In this document: positions 16,176-43,498 of the stretch, in pieces | Layout: each line of letters opens with the position of its first letter | Position numbering within the stretch: position 1 is the first letter of the stretch | DNA from: the human T2T-CHM13v2.0 reference genome, Homo sapiens | Strand: one strand, 5' to 3' | Length of the DNA: 64,000 nucleotides | NCBI RefSeq assembly: GCF_009914755.1 | Contig: NC_060933.1 | Position numbers and translations under genes: made by a program | The notes under the pieces: model-generated | The model's input: the letters and a program-made list of their open reading frames with translations, nothing else | Database searches by the model: none | Told to the model about the DNA's origin: nothing

Positions 16176-17042
16176 TTACAAAATAATCTAAACTTCAGAT
16201 TCTTCATTATGGAAAAATATATAAATGTAAATATATAGACAGAAAAAATATTGTAAAGGTATAGACCAATATGTTAACAGTAGTTATTTCTGTGTGATAG
16301 AATTGAGTGGTTTTGAAAATATATATGTACTTTTCTGTATTTTCTACCAGAAAAAATTATGAAATAGCTGAAATTATTTTCTTTAAAAATAAGAATCTGA
16401 AATCATCATTATTTTGAAATGATTCAGTTTAAATGCCTGCTATCATGTTATTGGAGAGACTTTTCCAATCCTGTAAAACAGGTGCTGCTATCGTGACACA
16501 ATTCAGTTTTTAACCAGATTAGTATTGTGATTATGTTATATTTTTATTAACAAAACACTCTGGAAAATGATTTATGAACAATTTAATAATATTACCTACA
16601 ACTATATGTCACTCTTATGCAATAGTATTTTAATTTCTTCATGTTCCCTTACCAAACTATTTCTACACCTTCAGAACCGTAATTCCATCATAATCTGCGT
16701 ATCTACAATTTTATGTTCTTTTTGTCACTTAGCATTATTTAATAAATACTTTTCGGTGGTTTTATATAGTCATTTTAGGTAACCATATTACACTTCAAAT
16801 ATAAGATATTTCGAAATAAATATATAAAACTACACTTTATGACAGCAGTACTGCTGGACATTTAAATTGTGTAAATTAGTCTTGATTTTTCCTCATCACC
16901 AAAGACTCTTGTTCTTTTGCTTTTATTTTACTCCTCTTTGGGATTATTTCCAATAAATAAATTCCCAGATGTCAGATTAAAGGGTCAAGGTATATATGAA
17001 CATTTTCCTAACTGTTGGTATGAATTGCCATACTGACCCCAA

Positions 17043-17145
17043 AACAGATTCTAAATTGTCAGATTCATGAAACTTTAGATTTTTAACCAAGAACAGATTC
17101 TAAATTGTCAGATTCATGAAACTTCAGATTTTTAACCAAGAACAG
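17043..17145. repeat. 49-bp tandem duplication (2.1 copies, 1 mismatch)
   Basis: aacagattctaaattgtcagattcatgaaactt(t/c)agatttttaaccaag twice, plus aacag. Confidence 0.95.
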
Positions 17146-18099
17146 TAACTGCATGGACACGGGCTGTCATGTGGCACGTGTGCTGCTGGATTTGCAGACT
17201 GCACTTAGAAGAGGGCTTGGCAGATGGAGAGCTCAGGACTCACTAAAACAGCCTTATACTTAATGTGTGAACTTCTCTGTCTACAGGCTTTTGACTACTG
17301 CTCTGGGGAGGGACAGCTTCAACCTCATCAACAGCATTTGGAAAAAAAAATGTAAAAACACGCAATTCTCTAGGGCCAAGTCCCAAAAACACCTGTTATT
17401 GGCCTCTCCCCTCACCTCTCACTCTTCAGGCCAAGCCCTCTTCTAAATCCGAACCAGCTGCAGCAGATGGGTTAGAAGATGGGGTTAATTAATAAAGTAC
17501 TTAATTTTATCAGTATATGAATAGCTGTAAGAAAAGATTGTCTGCCCTTGCCACTTCTATACAATATTAGAGATTCTAGCCAAGGCAATTAGTCCAGAAA
17601 AAGAAATAGAAAGCATCCAGAAAAAAAGAAGTAAAACTATGTCTAAAGCCAACGGTTTGAGACCAGCTTAGGCAACATGGTGAGACCCGATCTCTACAAA
17701 AGATTAAAAAATTAGCTGGGTGTGGTGGCTCATGGCTGTAGTCTCAGCTACTCAGGAGACTGAGGTGGGAAGATTGCTTGAGCCCAAGAGGTCAAGGCTA
17801 CAGTGAGCCATGATCATGCTACTGCACTCCCGCCTGGGCAACGGAGTGAGACCCTGTTTCAAAAAGAAAAAAAAAAAATCACAGAATTGAAAGTCCAGAA
17901 ATAACCTTTCAAATTTATAGTAAACTGATTTTTAATAGGATGCCAAAATAAATGAATGAAGAAAAAGTAGTCTTTTTAACAAATGCTCCTGGGACAAATA
18001 AATATCCAGATGAAAAGGAATGAAGTTAGACCTCTACCATGCATAAAAATTAACTCAATATAGGTCATAAACCTAAATGTAAGTGCTAAAGCTGCTAAA

Positions 18100-18395
18100 C
18101 TTTTTTTTTTTTTTTTTTGAGATGGAGTCTCGCTCTTGTCACCCAGGCTAAAGTGCAATGATGTAATCTTGGCTCACTGCAACCTCCCCCCTCCCAGGTT
18201 CAAGTGATTCTCCTGCCTCAGCCTCCCAAGTAGCTGGGATTACAGGTGCCCACCACCATGCCCAGCTAATTTTTGTATTTTTAGTAGAGACAGGGTTTCA
18301 CCATGTTGGCCAGGCTCGAAATCCTGACCTCGTGATCTGCCCGCCTCGGCCTCCCAAAGTGCTGGGATTACAGGTGTGAGCCACTGCGTCCAGCC
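18100..18395 (-). mobile_element. Alu
   Basis: Antisense Alu. Partial plus-strand Alus also lie at 17657-17878 and 18565-18706. Confidence 0.88.
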
Positions 18396-18990
18396 TAAAA
18401 ACTCTTAATAGAAAACACAGGTATAAATCTTCATCACTATGCATTAGGCAATGGTTTCCAGATAAAAAACCAAGAGCACAACTAACAAAGGAAAAAAATA
18501 GATACATTAGACTTCATTAAAATTAAAAACTTTTTGTGCTTCAAAGAACATCATTAAGAAAGTGAGGCCGGGTGCAGTGGCTCCTGCCTGTAATCCCAGC
18601 ACTTTGGGAGGCTGAGGTGGGCAGATCACCTGAGGTCAGGAGTTCGAGACCAGCCTGGCCAACATGGGGAAACCCCATCTCTTAAAAAAGAAACGAAAAG
18701 AAAAGAAGTGAAAAGACAATGCATAGCATGGGATGGAAGAAAAATTTTGCAAATCATGTATCTGGTAAGGAATTTGTATCTAGAATATCTAAAGAACTCT
18801 TACAACTCAATTTTAAAAAAATGTTAAACGGGCATAGGATCTGAATACACATTTCTTCAACGATATACAAATGGCCAATAAGCCCATGAACACATGATCA
18901 ATGTCCTTAATCATTAGGGAAGTCAAATGAAAACCACAAGGAGATACTACTTCACATTCACGAACATGGTTATAGTCAAAAAGACACATA

Positions 18991-21352
18991 CAGGCCTACC
19001 CTGGAGATATTGTGGGTTTGGTTCCAGACTACCACAATAAAGTGAATATGTGAGTCACACAAATTTTTTGGTTTCTCGGTGCATATAAAAGTTATATATT
19101 TACATTACACTGTAGTCTATTAAGTGCAATAGCATTATGTCTAAAATAACAATGTACCTACCTTAATTTAAAATAGTTTTATTGCTAAAAAATGTTAATG
19201 ATCATCTGAGCCTTCAGAGAGTCTTAATCTTTTTGCTGATGGAGGGTCTTGCCTCCATGGCTGATGGCTGCTGACTGATCAGGATGGAGGTTGCTAAATG
19301 ATGAGGCGGCTGTGCAATTGCATAAAATAAGACAACAGTAAAGTCTGCCTCATCAACTGACTCTTCTTTTCACCAAAAACTTCTCTGTAGCATGCAGTGT
19401 TGTGTGATAGTATTTTATCCACAGTAGAACTTCTTTCAAAACTGTGGTCTATCCTCTCAGACCCGCTGCTCCTTTTTCAACTAAGTTTAAGTCATATTCT
19501 AAATCCCTCGTTGCCAGTTGAATAATACTCACAGCATCTTCACCAGGACTAGATTCCACCTCAAGAAACCACGTTCTTTGCTCATTCATTAAAAGCAACT
19601 CCTCATCCATTCAAGTTTTATGAGATTGCAGCAATCCAGTTACATCTTCAGGCTGCACTTCTAATTCTAGTTCTCTTGCTATTTCCACCATATGTGTAGT
19701 TACTTCCTACACTGAAGGCTTGAACCCCTTAAAGTCATCCATGAGGGTTGGAATCAACTTCTTCCAAACTCCTGTTAATGTTGACACTTTGACCTTCTTC
19801 CTGAATCATGAGTGTTCTTCCTGGCATCTAGAATGGCACATCCTTTCCCTAAGTTTTTCTATTTACTTTGCCCAAATCCATCAGAGGAATCACTATCTAT
19901 ATAGCAGCTGAACCTTATGAAATGTGTTTTTTAAATAACAAAACTTGAGAGTTGAAATTACTCCTTGATGCGTGGGCTACAGAATGGATGTTGTGTCAGC
20001 AGGCATGAAAACAACATGAATTTCCGTGTACATCTCCAGCAGAGCTTTTGGGTGACCAGGTGCATTGTCAATGAGCAGTAATACTTTCAAACGAATCTTT
20101 TTCTCTCAACAATAGTTCTCAACAGTGGGCTTCAAATAGTCAGTAAACCATGCTATAAACCGATGTGCTGTCATCCAGGCTTTGTCATTCCCTTTACAGA
20201 GCACAGGCAGGGTAGATTTAGATAATTCTCAAGACCCTCGGATTTTTGGAATGGTAAATGAGCATTGGCTTCAACTTAAAGTCACCAGCTGCATTAGTCC
20301 CTAGCAAGAGAGTCAGCCTGTCCTTTGAAGCTTTGAAGTCAAGCATTGACTTCTCTTCTCCAGCAATGGAAGTCCTAGATGGCATCTTCTTCCAATAGAA
20401 GGCTGTTTTGTTTACATTGAAAATCTGTTAGTGTAGACACCTTCATCAATGATCTTAGCTAGATTTTCTGGATACCTTGCTGCAGCTTCTACATCAGCAC
20501 TCGCACTTTCCTGTTATAGAGACGGCTTCTTTCCTTAAACCTCATGAACCAACCTCTGCTAGCTTCAAATTTTTATTCTGCAGCTTCAACACATCTCTCA
20601 GCCTTCACTGAAATGAAGAGAATTAGGGCCTTGCTCTGGATTGGGCTTTGGCTTAATGGATGATGTGGCTGGTTTGATCTTCTTTCTAGACCACTCAAGC
20701 TTTCTCCATATCAACAACAAGGTTGTTTTGCTTTCTTGTGCTCCAGTGTTTACTGGAGCAGCACTTTTAATTTCCTTCAAGGTCTTCCTTTGCACTTACA
20801 ACTTGGCTAACTGGTGCAAGAAGCCTGGTTTCAGCCTGTCTTGGTTTTCAGCACGCCTTCCTCACTAAGCTTAATCATTTCTAGCTTTTGATTTAAAGTG
20901 AGAGATGTGCCACTCTCTTCCTTTAACTTGAACACTTAGAGGCCACTGTAGGGTTATTAGTTGGCCTAATTTCAATATTGTTGTGTCTCAGGGAATAGGG
21001 AAGCTCGAGGAGAGAGAGACAAGGGAATGGCTGGTTAGTGGAACAGTCAGAACACACATAACATTTATCAATTAAGTTTGCCATCTTATATGGGTATAGT
21101 TCGTGGCACCCCAAAACAATTATAATAGTAACATCAAAGATCACTGATCACAGATCACTTTAACAGATATAATAATGATGAAAATATTTTAAATATTGCA
21201 AAAGTTACTAAAAATGTAAAATAGAAATGGGAAGTGCATACTTGTTGGGAAAATGGGGCCAATAGCCTTGCTTGACACAGAGTTGCCACAAAACTTAGAT
21301 TTGTAAAAAAAGATACAGTACCTGTGAAGCACAATAAAACAACATATGCCTT
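18991..21352 (-). mobile_element. Near full-length Tigger1 (TcMar-Tigger) DNA transposon with a decayed transposase
   Basis: Degenerate TIRs caggcctacc... and ...catatgcct, each flanked by TA; about 2.36 kb. Transposase N-terminus remnant (xASKCSS) on - near 20946. Confidence 0.9.
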
Positions 21353-21367
21353 TAAAAACAAGTGTTA

Positions 21368-21724
<357 letters not shown>

Positions 21725-21790
21725 TTATAAAATGGTGTAGCCAATTTGTAAAACAGTGTGGTAGTTTTTTTAAAGGTTGAACACAGTTAC

Positions 21791-22911
<1,121 letters not shown>

Positions 22912-24151
22912 AATATGTCTACACAAAAACTTGTAAATGAATGTTCATAGTGGCATTATTTAAAATAACCAAGAAGTAGAAACAAGTCAAATGTCCATCA
23001 ACTGATGAACAGGTAAATAAAATGTGGTATATCAAGACAGTGGAATATTATTCAGCAAAAAAAGAAATGAAGTACTGATACATGTTACAGCATAGATGAA
23101 CCTTCAAACATGCTCAGTGAAAGAAGCCAGACACAAAAGACTATATATCGTATGATTCCATTTGCATAAAATGTTTAGAATAGGCAAATCTAAAGAGATG
23201 GAAAGAAGATTAGTAGTTGCCAAAGGCTGGGAGGGTTGGGGAGAAATGGGTAATGACTGCTAATGAGAACAGCGTTTCTTTTTGGAGTGATAAAAATGTT
23301 CTAAAATTGATTGAGGTGATGGTTGCACAACTTTGGATATGCTAAAAACCACTGAATCATACACTTTACAAGGGCTAATTGTATGGTATGTGAATTAAAT
23401 CTCAATACAGATTTTGTTTTTTAAAAAATAGAACAGATGAAAAATTCCCAGTAAGAAAAAAAATAAAAAAACCACTCATAGTCTGATCACTACTCAGAGA
23501 TAATTATTATTAATGATAATATAAAAACTTTCATTGCCTGTGGTCCCAGCTATTCAGGAAACTGAGGTGGGAGGATTGCTTGAGCCCAGGAGGTCAAGGC
23601 TGCAGTGAGCCATGACCGCACTACTGCACTCCAGCCTTGGTGACAGAGCAAGACCTTGTCTCAGGAAAAACAAAAACAAAACGAAAACCAGGTATTTTGA
23701 GTTTTGTTTATATATAGATAGATAATCCTATGTGTAGTCTAATAATCTGTTTTTCATTTATCATGAACTTTTTTATGTTTGTATGATTTAATTAGAACAA
23801 GAAAGACATTGAGATTAGATTGATATCTTAAACATTCTAAATAGATTTTTGTGTGATGAGAAAGAATTGTTATTTTTCTCTTTTGTTTTATGTGTTAAAT
23901 ATATTATCTTGTATATAGTTATTGTGAAAAAAATCTATTTTTAAATTGCAGTACTGAATGGAAGTTACATGAGTTTTTATCTTCTCAGTTATAATTGCTC
24001 TGTGAACTTCCACTTTGATAATTATGGACCCAGTTTCTGCTACCAGATCTACACCTCTTTTGACTGCCTTACTTGGCTGGAAGGATGGTCTTGTAACTGT
24101 TGATGTTGGTTTTACCTACTGATATTGTCATTCTTTCTCAAATGTAAAGTG

Positions 24152-24550
24152 TTTTTATTTTATTGTTCTTGTTGTTGTTTTATAATTTCTATTATAATTT
24201 CAGGGATATATGTGCAGGTTTGTTACGTGGGTGAACTTGTGTCATGGGGGTTTGTTGTACAGATTATTTCATCACCCAGGTATTAAGCTAGTATGCATTA
24301 GTTATTTTTCCTGATCCTCTCCCTCCTCCCCACCTCCATCCTCTGAAAGGCCCTAGTGTGAATTGTTCCCTCTATGCGTCCATGTGTTCTCATCATTTAG
24401 CTCCCACTTATAAGTGAGAACATGAGGTATTTGGTTTTCTTTTCCTGCGTTAGTTTGCTAAGGATAAAGGCCTCCAGCTCCATCCATGTCCCTGCAAAGG
24501 ACGTAATCTTGTTCATTTTTATGGCTGCACAGTATTTAATGGTGTCTATA
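24152..24550 (-). mobile_element. 5'-truncated primate L1 (L1PA/PB-type) 3' end
   Basis: Antisense L1 3'UTR: gtgcaggtttgttac...cccacttataagtgagaacatg...gctgcacagtatt. T-rich tail at 24152-24190. Confidence 0.85.
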
Positions 24551-24831
24551 TCATGAACTTTCTATATCAATAAGCATTTATCCACAATATTTATTAAAAC
24601 CTGGAGCCTATAATGCTTCAATTGAAGCTTACTTAAAAAAAAAAAAAAGACTTAACTCCCTAATCTGAGTCTAAGCAGTTAACATATTACATTTCAAATA
24701 TATTTACCCCCTCCCAAAATTATATGCAAAGACTCTTAACCAGCATGTTCTCTGGAGATATGGTAAACTTTTATCCATTTGATTACCTACATTTAACATT
24801 ACATCTTAACAGACTCCTCATAAAAATTCTA

Positions 24832-25537
24832 GAGTGGACCCTTGAACAACACGGATTTGAACCGCATGGGTCTACCTCTGCCTCTGCCACTCTTAGGCAA
24901 CAAAACTGACCCCTCCTCCTCCTCAGTCTACTTGACATGAAGACAATGGGGATGAAGATCTTTATGACGATCCACTTCCATTTAACAAACAGTAAATCTA
25001 TTTTCTTTTCTTATGATTTTCTTTTTTAGAGACATGGTCTCACTCTGACATCCATGCTGGACTGCAGTGGTATGATCATAGCTCACTGCAGCCTCGACGT
25101 GCTGGGTCCAAGTGATCCTCCCACCTCAACCTCCCAAGTAGCTGGGAAAACAGGCACACACCACAATGCCTGGCTAATTTTTTTTTACTTTTTTGTAGAG
25201 AGGGAGTCTTGCTTTGCCCAAGCTGGTCTTGAACTCCTGGGCTTAAGTGATCCTCCCATCTTGGCTTCCCAAAGTGCTGGGATTACGGGCATGAGCCACT
25301 GCACATGGCTGATAATTTCTTAATAACATTTTTTTCTCTCACTTGGTTTATTATAAGAATACAGTATACAATACATATATCATATGAAATATGTGTGAAT
25401 CAATTGTGTATGCTATTGGTAAGGCTCCTGGTCAACAGTAGGCTATTTAAGTTTTGGGGATGTCAAAAGTTACATGTGGATTTTTGACTACACTAGGAAT
25501 CGGCAGCCCTAACCCCAAAGTTGTTCAAGGCCAACTG
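24832..25537. mobile_element. Tigger2a/MER28-like element split by an Alu (25018-25308, -)
   Basis: TIRs gagtggacccttgaacaac ... gttgttcaaggccaactg with TA flanks. Confidence 0.75.
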
Positions 25538-25917
25538 TATTTCCTTTTTTGATTCAAAAGTTAACAAATTTGGGCACTTCCACAAAACACAAAAGGCAGT
25601 TTAAAAGTAAATTATTTATGATAAGCTAATTTTCTACAAAGTTATACACAAAAGTAGGAAAAGAAGGTTAGAGAAAAATAGGGAAACTCAAAACCAACTT
25701 TTAAGGATAATAACTAGAAATCCTAAAACATGGAGACATTAGTATGAGAAATAAATGTTTATATTACATAAAAAGCCATTTTAAATTCTGTATCTCCCTT
25801 AAAAGTTTCATGTTACCCCAATCAACCACACCTCATATCTGAATGACCTTATTCAAACTTACTGTTTGAGCAGTTATGAAGCACAAAAGAGGGACCTGAC
25901 CAAACTGTAAATAACAG

Positions 25918-26252
<335 letters not shown>

Positions 26253-27066
26253 TAACCTAGCTCCTGCCAAAATGCTTTTAGCATCATTATAAATGACATA
26301 AAACTTAACTTTAAAAATGTGTCAGAACAAAACAAAACTAGGAGAATGTCAGGAAATTAGTTAAATGATAGCTTTACACCCAATCAAGGGCTTTAAAAAA
26401 AAAACCTTTCTCAAATAATAAACACTTGAGTCAACAAAGTGGTTACCTCTGGGAAGCAGGAAGGAGATGTGCATGGAAGGGGAACGGGAGGGCCCCCAAA
26501 GTCCTTGTTTCTCTCTGGTGATGGGTAAATCATGTTCATTTTATTCTTCTTCTAACCATACACAGACCTTATAATACTCTGATGCACGGAATATTGCACA
26601 AGAATTATATTAAAAATGAAAACCTCCCTTGACCATTGTTCCTCCCGCTCACCATCACTCAATCTCTCTCCTCTTCAGTGAAGCATCCAGAAAGAGTTCC
26701 TGTTCCAGGTCTACACTCCCCTTCCCATTCACTCTGCTTCGGATAAATTCTGATTTTGACAATTACATAAATGCCCACCTGGGTCCAGCCTCATCTTATT
26801 TCTCCTCCTCCCTCATCCTCCCCATTGGCACTTCACCCTGAAACCACACCCCCAGCAAGGAGCTCTACACACATGGATCCTCCTAGCCTTTACTCAAGCC
26901 GCATGGTAAGCTCTTATTGATTTTTCAACACACACCCTAAACGGCCCTTCATGGTCAAGTGTCCCTCAACCTCCTAGGGAACTGGAAGCTCCCCCTCTGG
27001 ACTTCCAAATGTCACAGACTTGTCTCTACTGAGACACATATCACTCCAATGACTGTGTTTACATGT

Positions 27067-27450
27067 TGTTATAGACGGAAGTATGTCTCCCCTAAATCTG
27101 TATGTTGGAACCTAACCCCCAGGGTGACTATATTTGGAAATAGGGCTTTAAAGGAGGTAACTAAGATTAAATGAGGTCATAATGGGAGGGCACTAATCCA
27201 ATAAGCCTGGTGTCTTTATAAGAGGAGGAGGAGACATCAGGGTTGCCTGCTTACAGAGGAAAGGCCATGTGAGAACAAAGTGAGAAGGCAACTAGACAGG
27301 CCAGGAAGAAGGGCCTCACCAGAAACCAACTCTACCAGTGCCTTGGTCTTGTACTTCTAGCCTCCAGAACTATAGGAAAATAAATTATGTGGTTTAAGCC
27401 CTCCTAGTGTGTGGTATTGTGTTACGGCAGCCTGAGCTGACTAACACACA
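27067..27450 (+). mobile_element. MaLR LTR (MLT1A/B-like)
   Basis: tgttatag...gttggaacctaaccccc...gaggtcataatg...gcagcctgagctgactaacaca. Confidence 0.75.
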
Positions 27451-28188
27451 TGTCCATCTGCCCTCCTGCCCCCATGCCCACACTCTGTGAGCACCTAGTG
27501 AAATCAGTTGCTCTCTGTGTCTCCACTACCTAGCACATATCTGATGCTTAAAGGATCCACGGATAGTTGCCTGAATGAATGGTTAGATGGACAGATGGAT
27601 GAAGAGATGGATAGATGGAGAGACAAGCTCCCTGGATTCTACTAGATTCTAGCCATGGAATTTTAAAAGGCCTAACTTATTTTGTTAAAAAATACCAATC
27701 TAGCAAAAGCCTACTTTCTTTGAGACAGTATTCATGACCAGGCTTACCTTTTTAAAATTGTTCTTTAAGTTATTTAAACAAACTATGGTACACCCATAAG
27801 ATAACAGAAAAAGAGAAAACAACCCAAATGTTCACCAACTTATGAATGGATAAATAAAACATGGCCCATCCATAAAATGGAATTGTATTCAGCGATAAAA
27901 AAGAATGAAGTAGTAAACATGCTATAGTGTGGATGAGCCTTGAAAACACTAAGCTAAATGAAAGAAGCCAGTCAGAAAAGACCACATATTGTATGATTGC
28001 ATTTGTATGAAATGTCCAGTATAGAAAACTCAAAAGAGACAGGAGGTGAGTTGGTGTTGCCAGAGGCTCAGGTGGAGGGGTGTGGGGTAGGAACAGAAGT
28101 GACGGCTAATAGGTATGAAGTTTCTTTTATGGGGTGATGGGTATGTTCTAAAATTAATTATTAAAGAAAAAATATTAATTTTTTAAAA

Positions 28189-29261
<1,073 letters not shown>

Positions 29262-29813
29262 GTTGATTTTGGTGATGTCTGCACAACTCTGTGAATATAT
29301 TAAAGTCCACTGAGTTTTATACTTTAAATGGATACATTATATGGTATGTTAATTATATCTCAATAAAGCTATTAGAAAAAAATGAAATGGGGCACTCCAT
29401 ATGCAAAGCAGTATTGTTAAAGGTATAAAACAGTATATACAGCATGCTATAATCTGTGTTTTAAAAAACACATACACAAAGAGAAGCATAGGTAAACATT
29501 TGATTGTATAAGCATAAAATATCTTGGAAGAATCTTTTCATGAAATATCCTTTTATATTTTTGGAATTGCCTATTACAAATTAAATGTTTTACCATTCCA
29601 AAAAAAAAAAAAAAACTCCGCTTTGCCATCAGTATCATTCTAATTATGCAAGCCTATGTGCCACAGGTGTACATAATAATGTTTTGAAGAAATATAGAAT
29701 CCAGGGACTGACAGAAGTCTTGAAGATTATCTACTACATTCATCTCCCCCATCATATAGATGAGAATAAATGAGATTCATAAGGGTTGGCCGTCTAGTCT
29801 AGGGTTATGTCTC

Positions 29814-33046
<3,233 letters not shown>

Positions 33047-33921
33047 GGTACACGTATCTGCGCTTAAAAAGTAAACCTTTCTAGAAGGAAAACTCTGTTC
33101 CCCTCCGAAGAATGGGACTGAGGTAGGGAACGAAAGAGGGCGTTGTTTTTTATGCTATGCACGTCTATCCTGTTTGCTATCCTTAAAAAAAAAAAAAAAA
33201 AAAAAAAAGGAAAACAAAAGAAAAAGGCCTTGTGGAAGCATTATTTCTATGTAAATGGGTTTCAAAATGAGTTTCAAAACGGGTTCTATTTTGAAAAGTA
33301 AGGTCAACATTTTTTGAGAAAAAAACTCCTGCGATTGGCTTTTCAAAAACAACCCTCTTAAGAGAGAATTTACATACCACAAATTCACCCATTGTATAGT
33401 GTAGATTGTTAACTGCCTTTCGTGCCGAGCTGTAAGAATTTATTTGGCATGAGAAACAAAATATTTTATAGAACCATGCACAAGAATAGCCTTCGTGTCT
33501 ACGAAATCTAAGGATATCAAAATGAGATAATTTTATGACTGCAACAAGGGTAAATAATACTTGGCCTTGGGAATATGGGGGAAAGGTCAGAACTACAAGA
33601 TCTCATAGAGCTTAACCACACCAAAAAAGAAAGAGAAAAGAAAGAAAGAAAGAAAACAAAACAGAACGAGCAGACTCTAGCAGGGCTAATGACAGTCTTC
33701 CAAAGGCACCAGCACGTTGAACAAGCTGCGGCTCAGCTCGATGGACCCCCAAGAGTGGCTGCCACTGGGAGGACTCGGGCCTCTGAAACAAAGCCCGGTG
33801 GTTTCCTTTCATCTCTGAACTTCGAGCTCGACCTAACTTTCCAGTCCCTTCCCCCACCGCCACCCCATAACCCGCCCGAAGCGGCCCACGGAGGCCGGAG
33901 GTTTTGGGGCGCAGTCGCTCA

Positions 33922-34302
<381 letters not shown>

Positions 34303-34344
34303 CTAGCAGCGCCACTAGCAGGCGGCTACTGCGGTTCCCCGGCG

Positions 34345-34356
34345 TTCCCGGAAGTG
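34345..34356 (+). promoter_or_regulatory. Overlapping STAT GAS (TTCCCGGAA) and ETS/GABPA (CCGGAAGTG) motif near the AK3 start region
   Basis: ttcccggaagtg at 34345-34356 matches both consensus motifs exactly. Confidence 0.55.
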
Positions 34357-35743
34357 AGCCGACAGCCCCTGGGGCCGCCCAGACAGCGCGGGACCCCGCT
34401 GTTGCGTCCGCCTCTCGGCTACCCCGGCGCACCCCCCGCCCCCGACCGAGCGCCTGTTCCCGCCCAGCCGCGCAAGCCGCGCAAGCCGCGCCCCCTCTGC
34501 GCTCGCTCGGCCGCCCAGCTCCCACCTGCGCCTCTCCGCGGCCCCTCTCCACCGGCCGCTGGGCCCGGATCCCTTCGGCGCCCCTCTGCACCCACCCCCA
34601 CGCGCCCTCCACTCGGCTCAGATCTACCTCCGCGCCTCTCCGCGACCCCGGAACCCCGCGCCCTGTCCGGCCCATTCCCAGCCGGATAGACCGCGCTCCC
34701 CTCTGTCCGACCTTGGCAACTCCTGCGCGCCCCCTCCCCACCTCTAGTCGCCCCTCGGAGCCGCTTGGTTTCGGGATCCACCCGCATCCACCCCTCCCAC
34801 AACCCTTTCGTAGCCCTCGCCCCTAGTCCATAGCAGGCGCTGCCCTACCCAGTCCTTGCGGGACACACCGCGACCCCTTTCGTGCTCCCTTGACAACCCT
34901 GGCCCCACCTCCACCTGGCGCCCACTCGAATCCGCTCCTCCCTTCTACCCCCCTGGACCGCCAGACCCCCCGCTTCTGCACCCACTCCCGCCTTCGCCCT
35001 TCCCTCCTTCCTCCTCCTCCTCTGCTGCCGAGCGCCCTCTCTTCCCACTCCCTCTCTGTGTAGAATCACAGGGAGTGACCTTGAGCCGAGAGGGCCTACC
35101 TCATTTTACAGGAGAGGAAATCCAGCTTCCATTGAGTGAGACTCTTTTATAAATAACGTAAAAGAGTGTGTGAAACTGTGGAGGCAGGCTGTTGTAGATA
35201 GGCGGTCGGAAAAGCTTTGAAGAGATGGCATGTGTGCTGAGTGCTTAATTAGAATATGGAAGAGAGAGACATGGGCCCTTCCTATGTCCAGTTTTAGGAA
35301 AAGGCCCTAAAACTGGAGGTTTGGCATGTTTCAAGAATGGAAACAGAGGACAAAAACGTTCGAGTGAGTATCATTTTGCCTGTAAAATGGGCATAGAGGA
35401 GTAGAATGGAGGAGTTAAAATAATGTAGTACTTAGTGCAATGCCAGCTACAGGGTCAATGTTCAATAATGGTTGTCCATTTATCATCATTGCTTTGTCCC
35501 GGACACTATGCTAAGGCAGAAAGAAGGCTCTCTGAAAATAAAACACAGTTACCATTCTCCTCAGAGGTCCAGAACTGATTTCAAAGAAGATAGAAATGAC
35601 TTCAGGGTGAGACAGTCAGTGAATCGTAGCTGAGTGAATGGATGGGGGATTTCAATAGGTAGACAGCCTGGTACTTAGAAAAGACATTAGCCTTTATACT
35701 TTCTGGTGTGGAAAAGAAAGAAAGAAAATACATACCTTGTACA

Positions 35744-43028
<7,285 letters not shown>

Positions 43029-43498
43029 TTACTTCTAGTTGTCAAAAAAAACCCCTTATGAAATAAATTACATTTCATTTACAATTTATAGATTTAAAAA
43101 ATGAGGATAATTTTGCCCCAAATTCCATAACTATTCAGCAGCTAAATTAGTGATTTCAAATTGTACTGGATGCATATAGGAAATGCTTTCTCTGAGGAGA
43201 AACTTCTGGGAGTAGAATTCAAATTATCCAGACAAGGATATTAGAGAAAAAAGAAAGATAAGGTCTAGACAAAAGTCAAGGAACAGAACAGAGAAGGTGG
43301 AACTCAGATACTACAATGTCATATTGTTTAACACTTTGCAAAAGAAACAGAAGAGGGCGCCTTAGAGCTAAGACAATTTTATTAGGACGTTCACTTGGAA
43401 GGATAAATAAGAATATCTGAGAAAGCCCTAAGAAAGACGGACAATGAGGAAGCCTGTACCATAAGAAAATAATATTGACACATATTTTAGTTTATTCT

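Noticed and set aside
17175-17180. CACGTG E-box/HRE in intron 1 as a hypoxia element
   Set aside because: A single hexamer is expected by chance, and the well-known hypoxia response belongs to the paralogue AK4 (formerly also called AK3).
19300-20950. Possible domesticated Tigger transposase (TIGD-like) gene
   Set aside because: Start codon decayed and many stops and frameshifts; the longest ORFs are under 80 aa.
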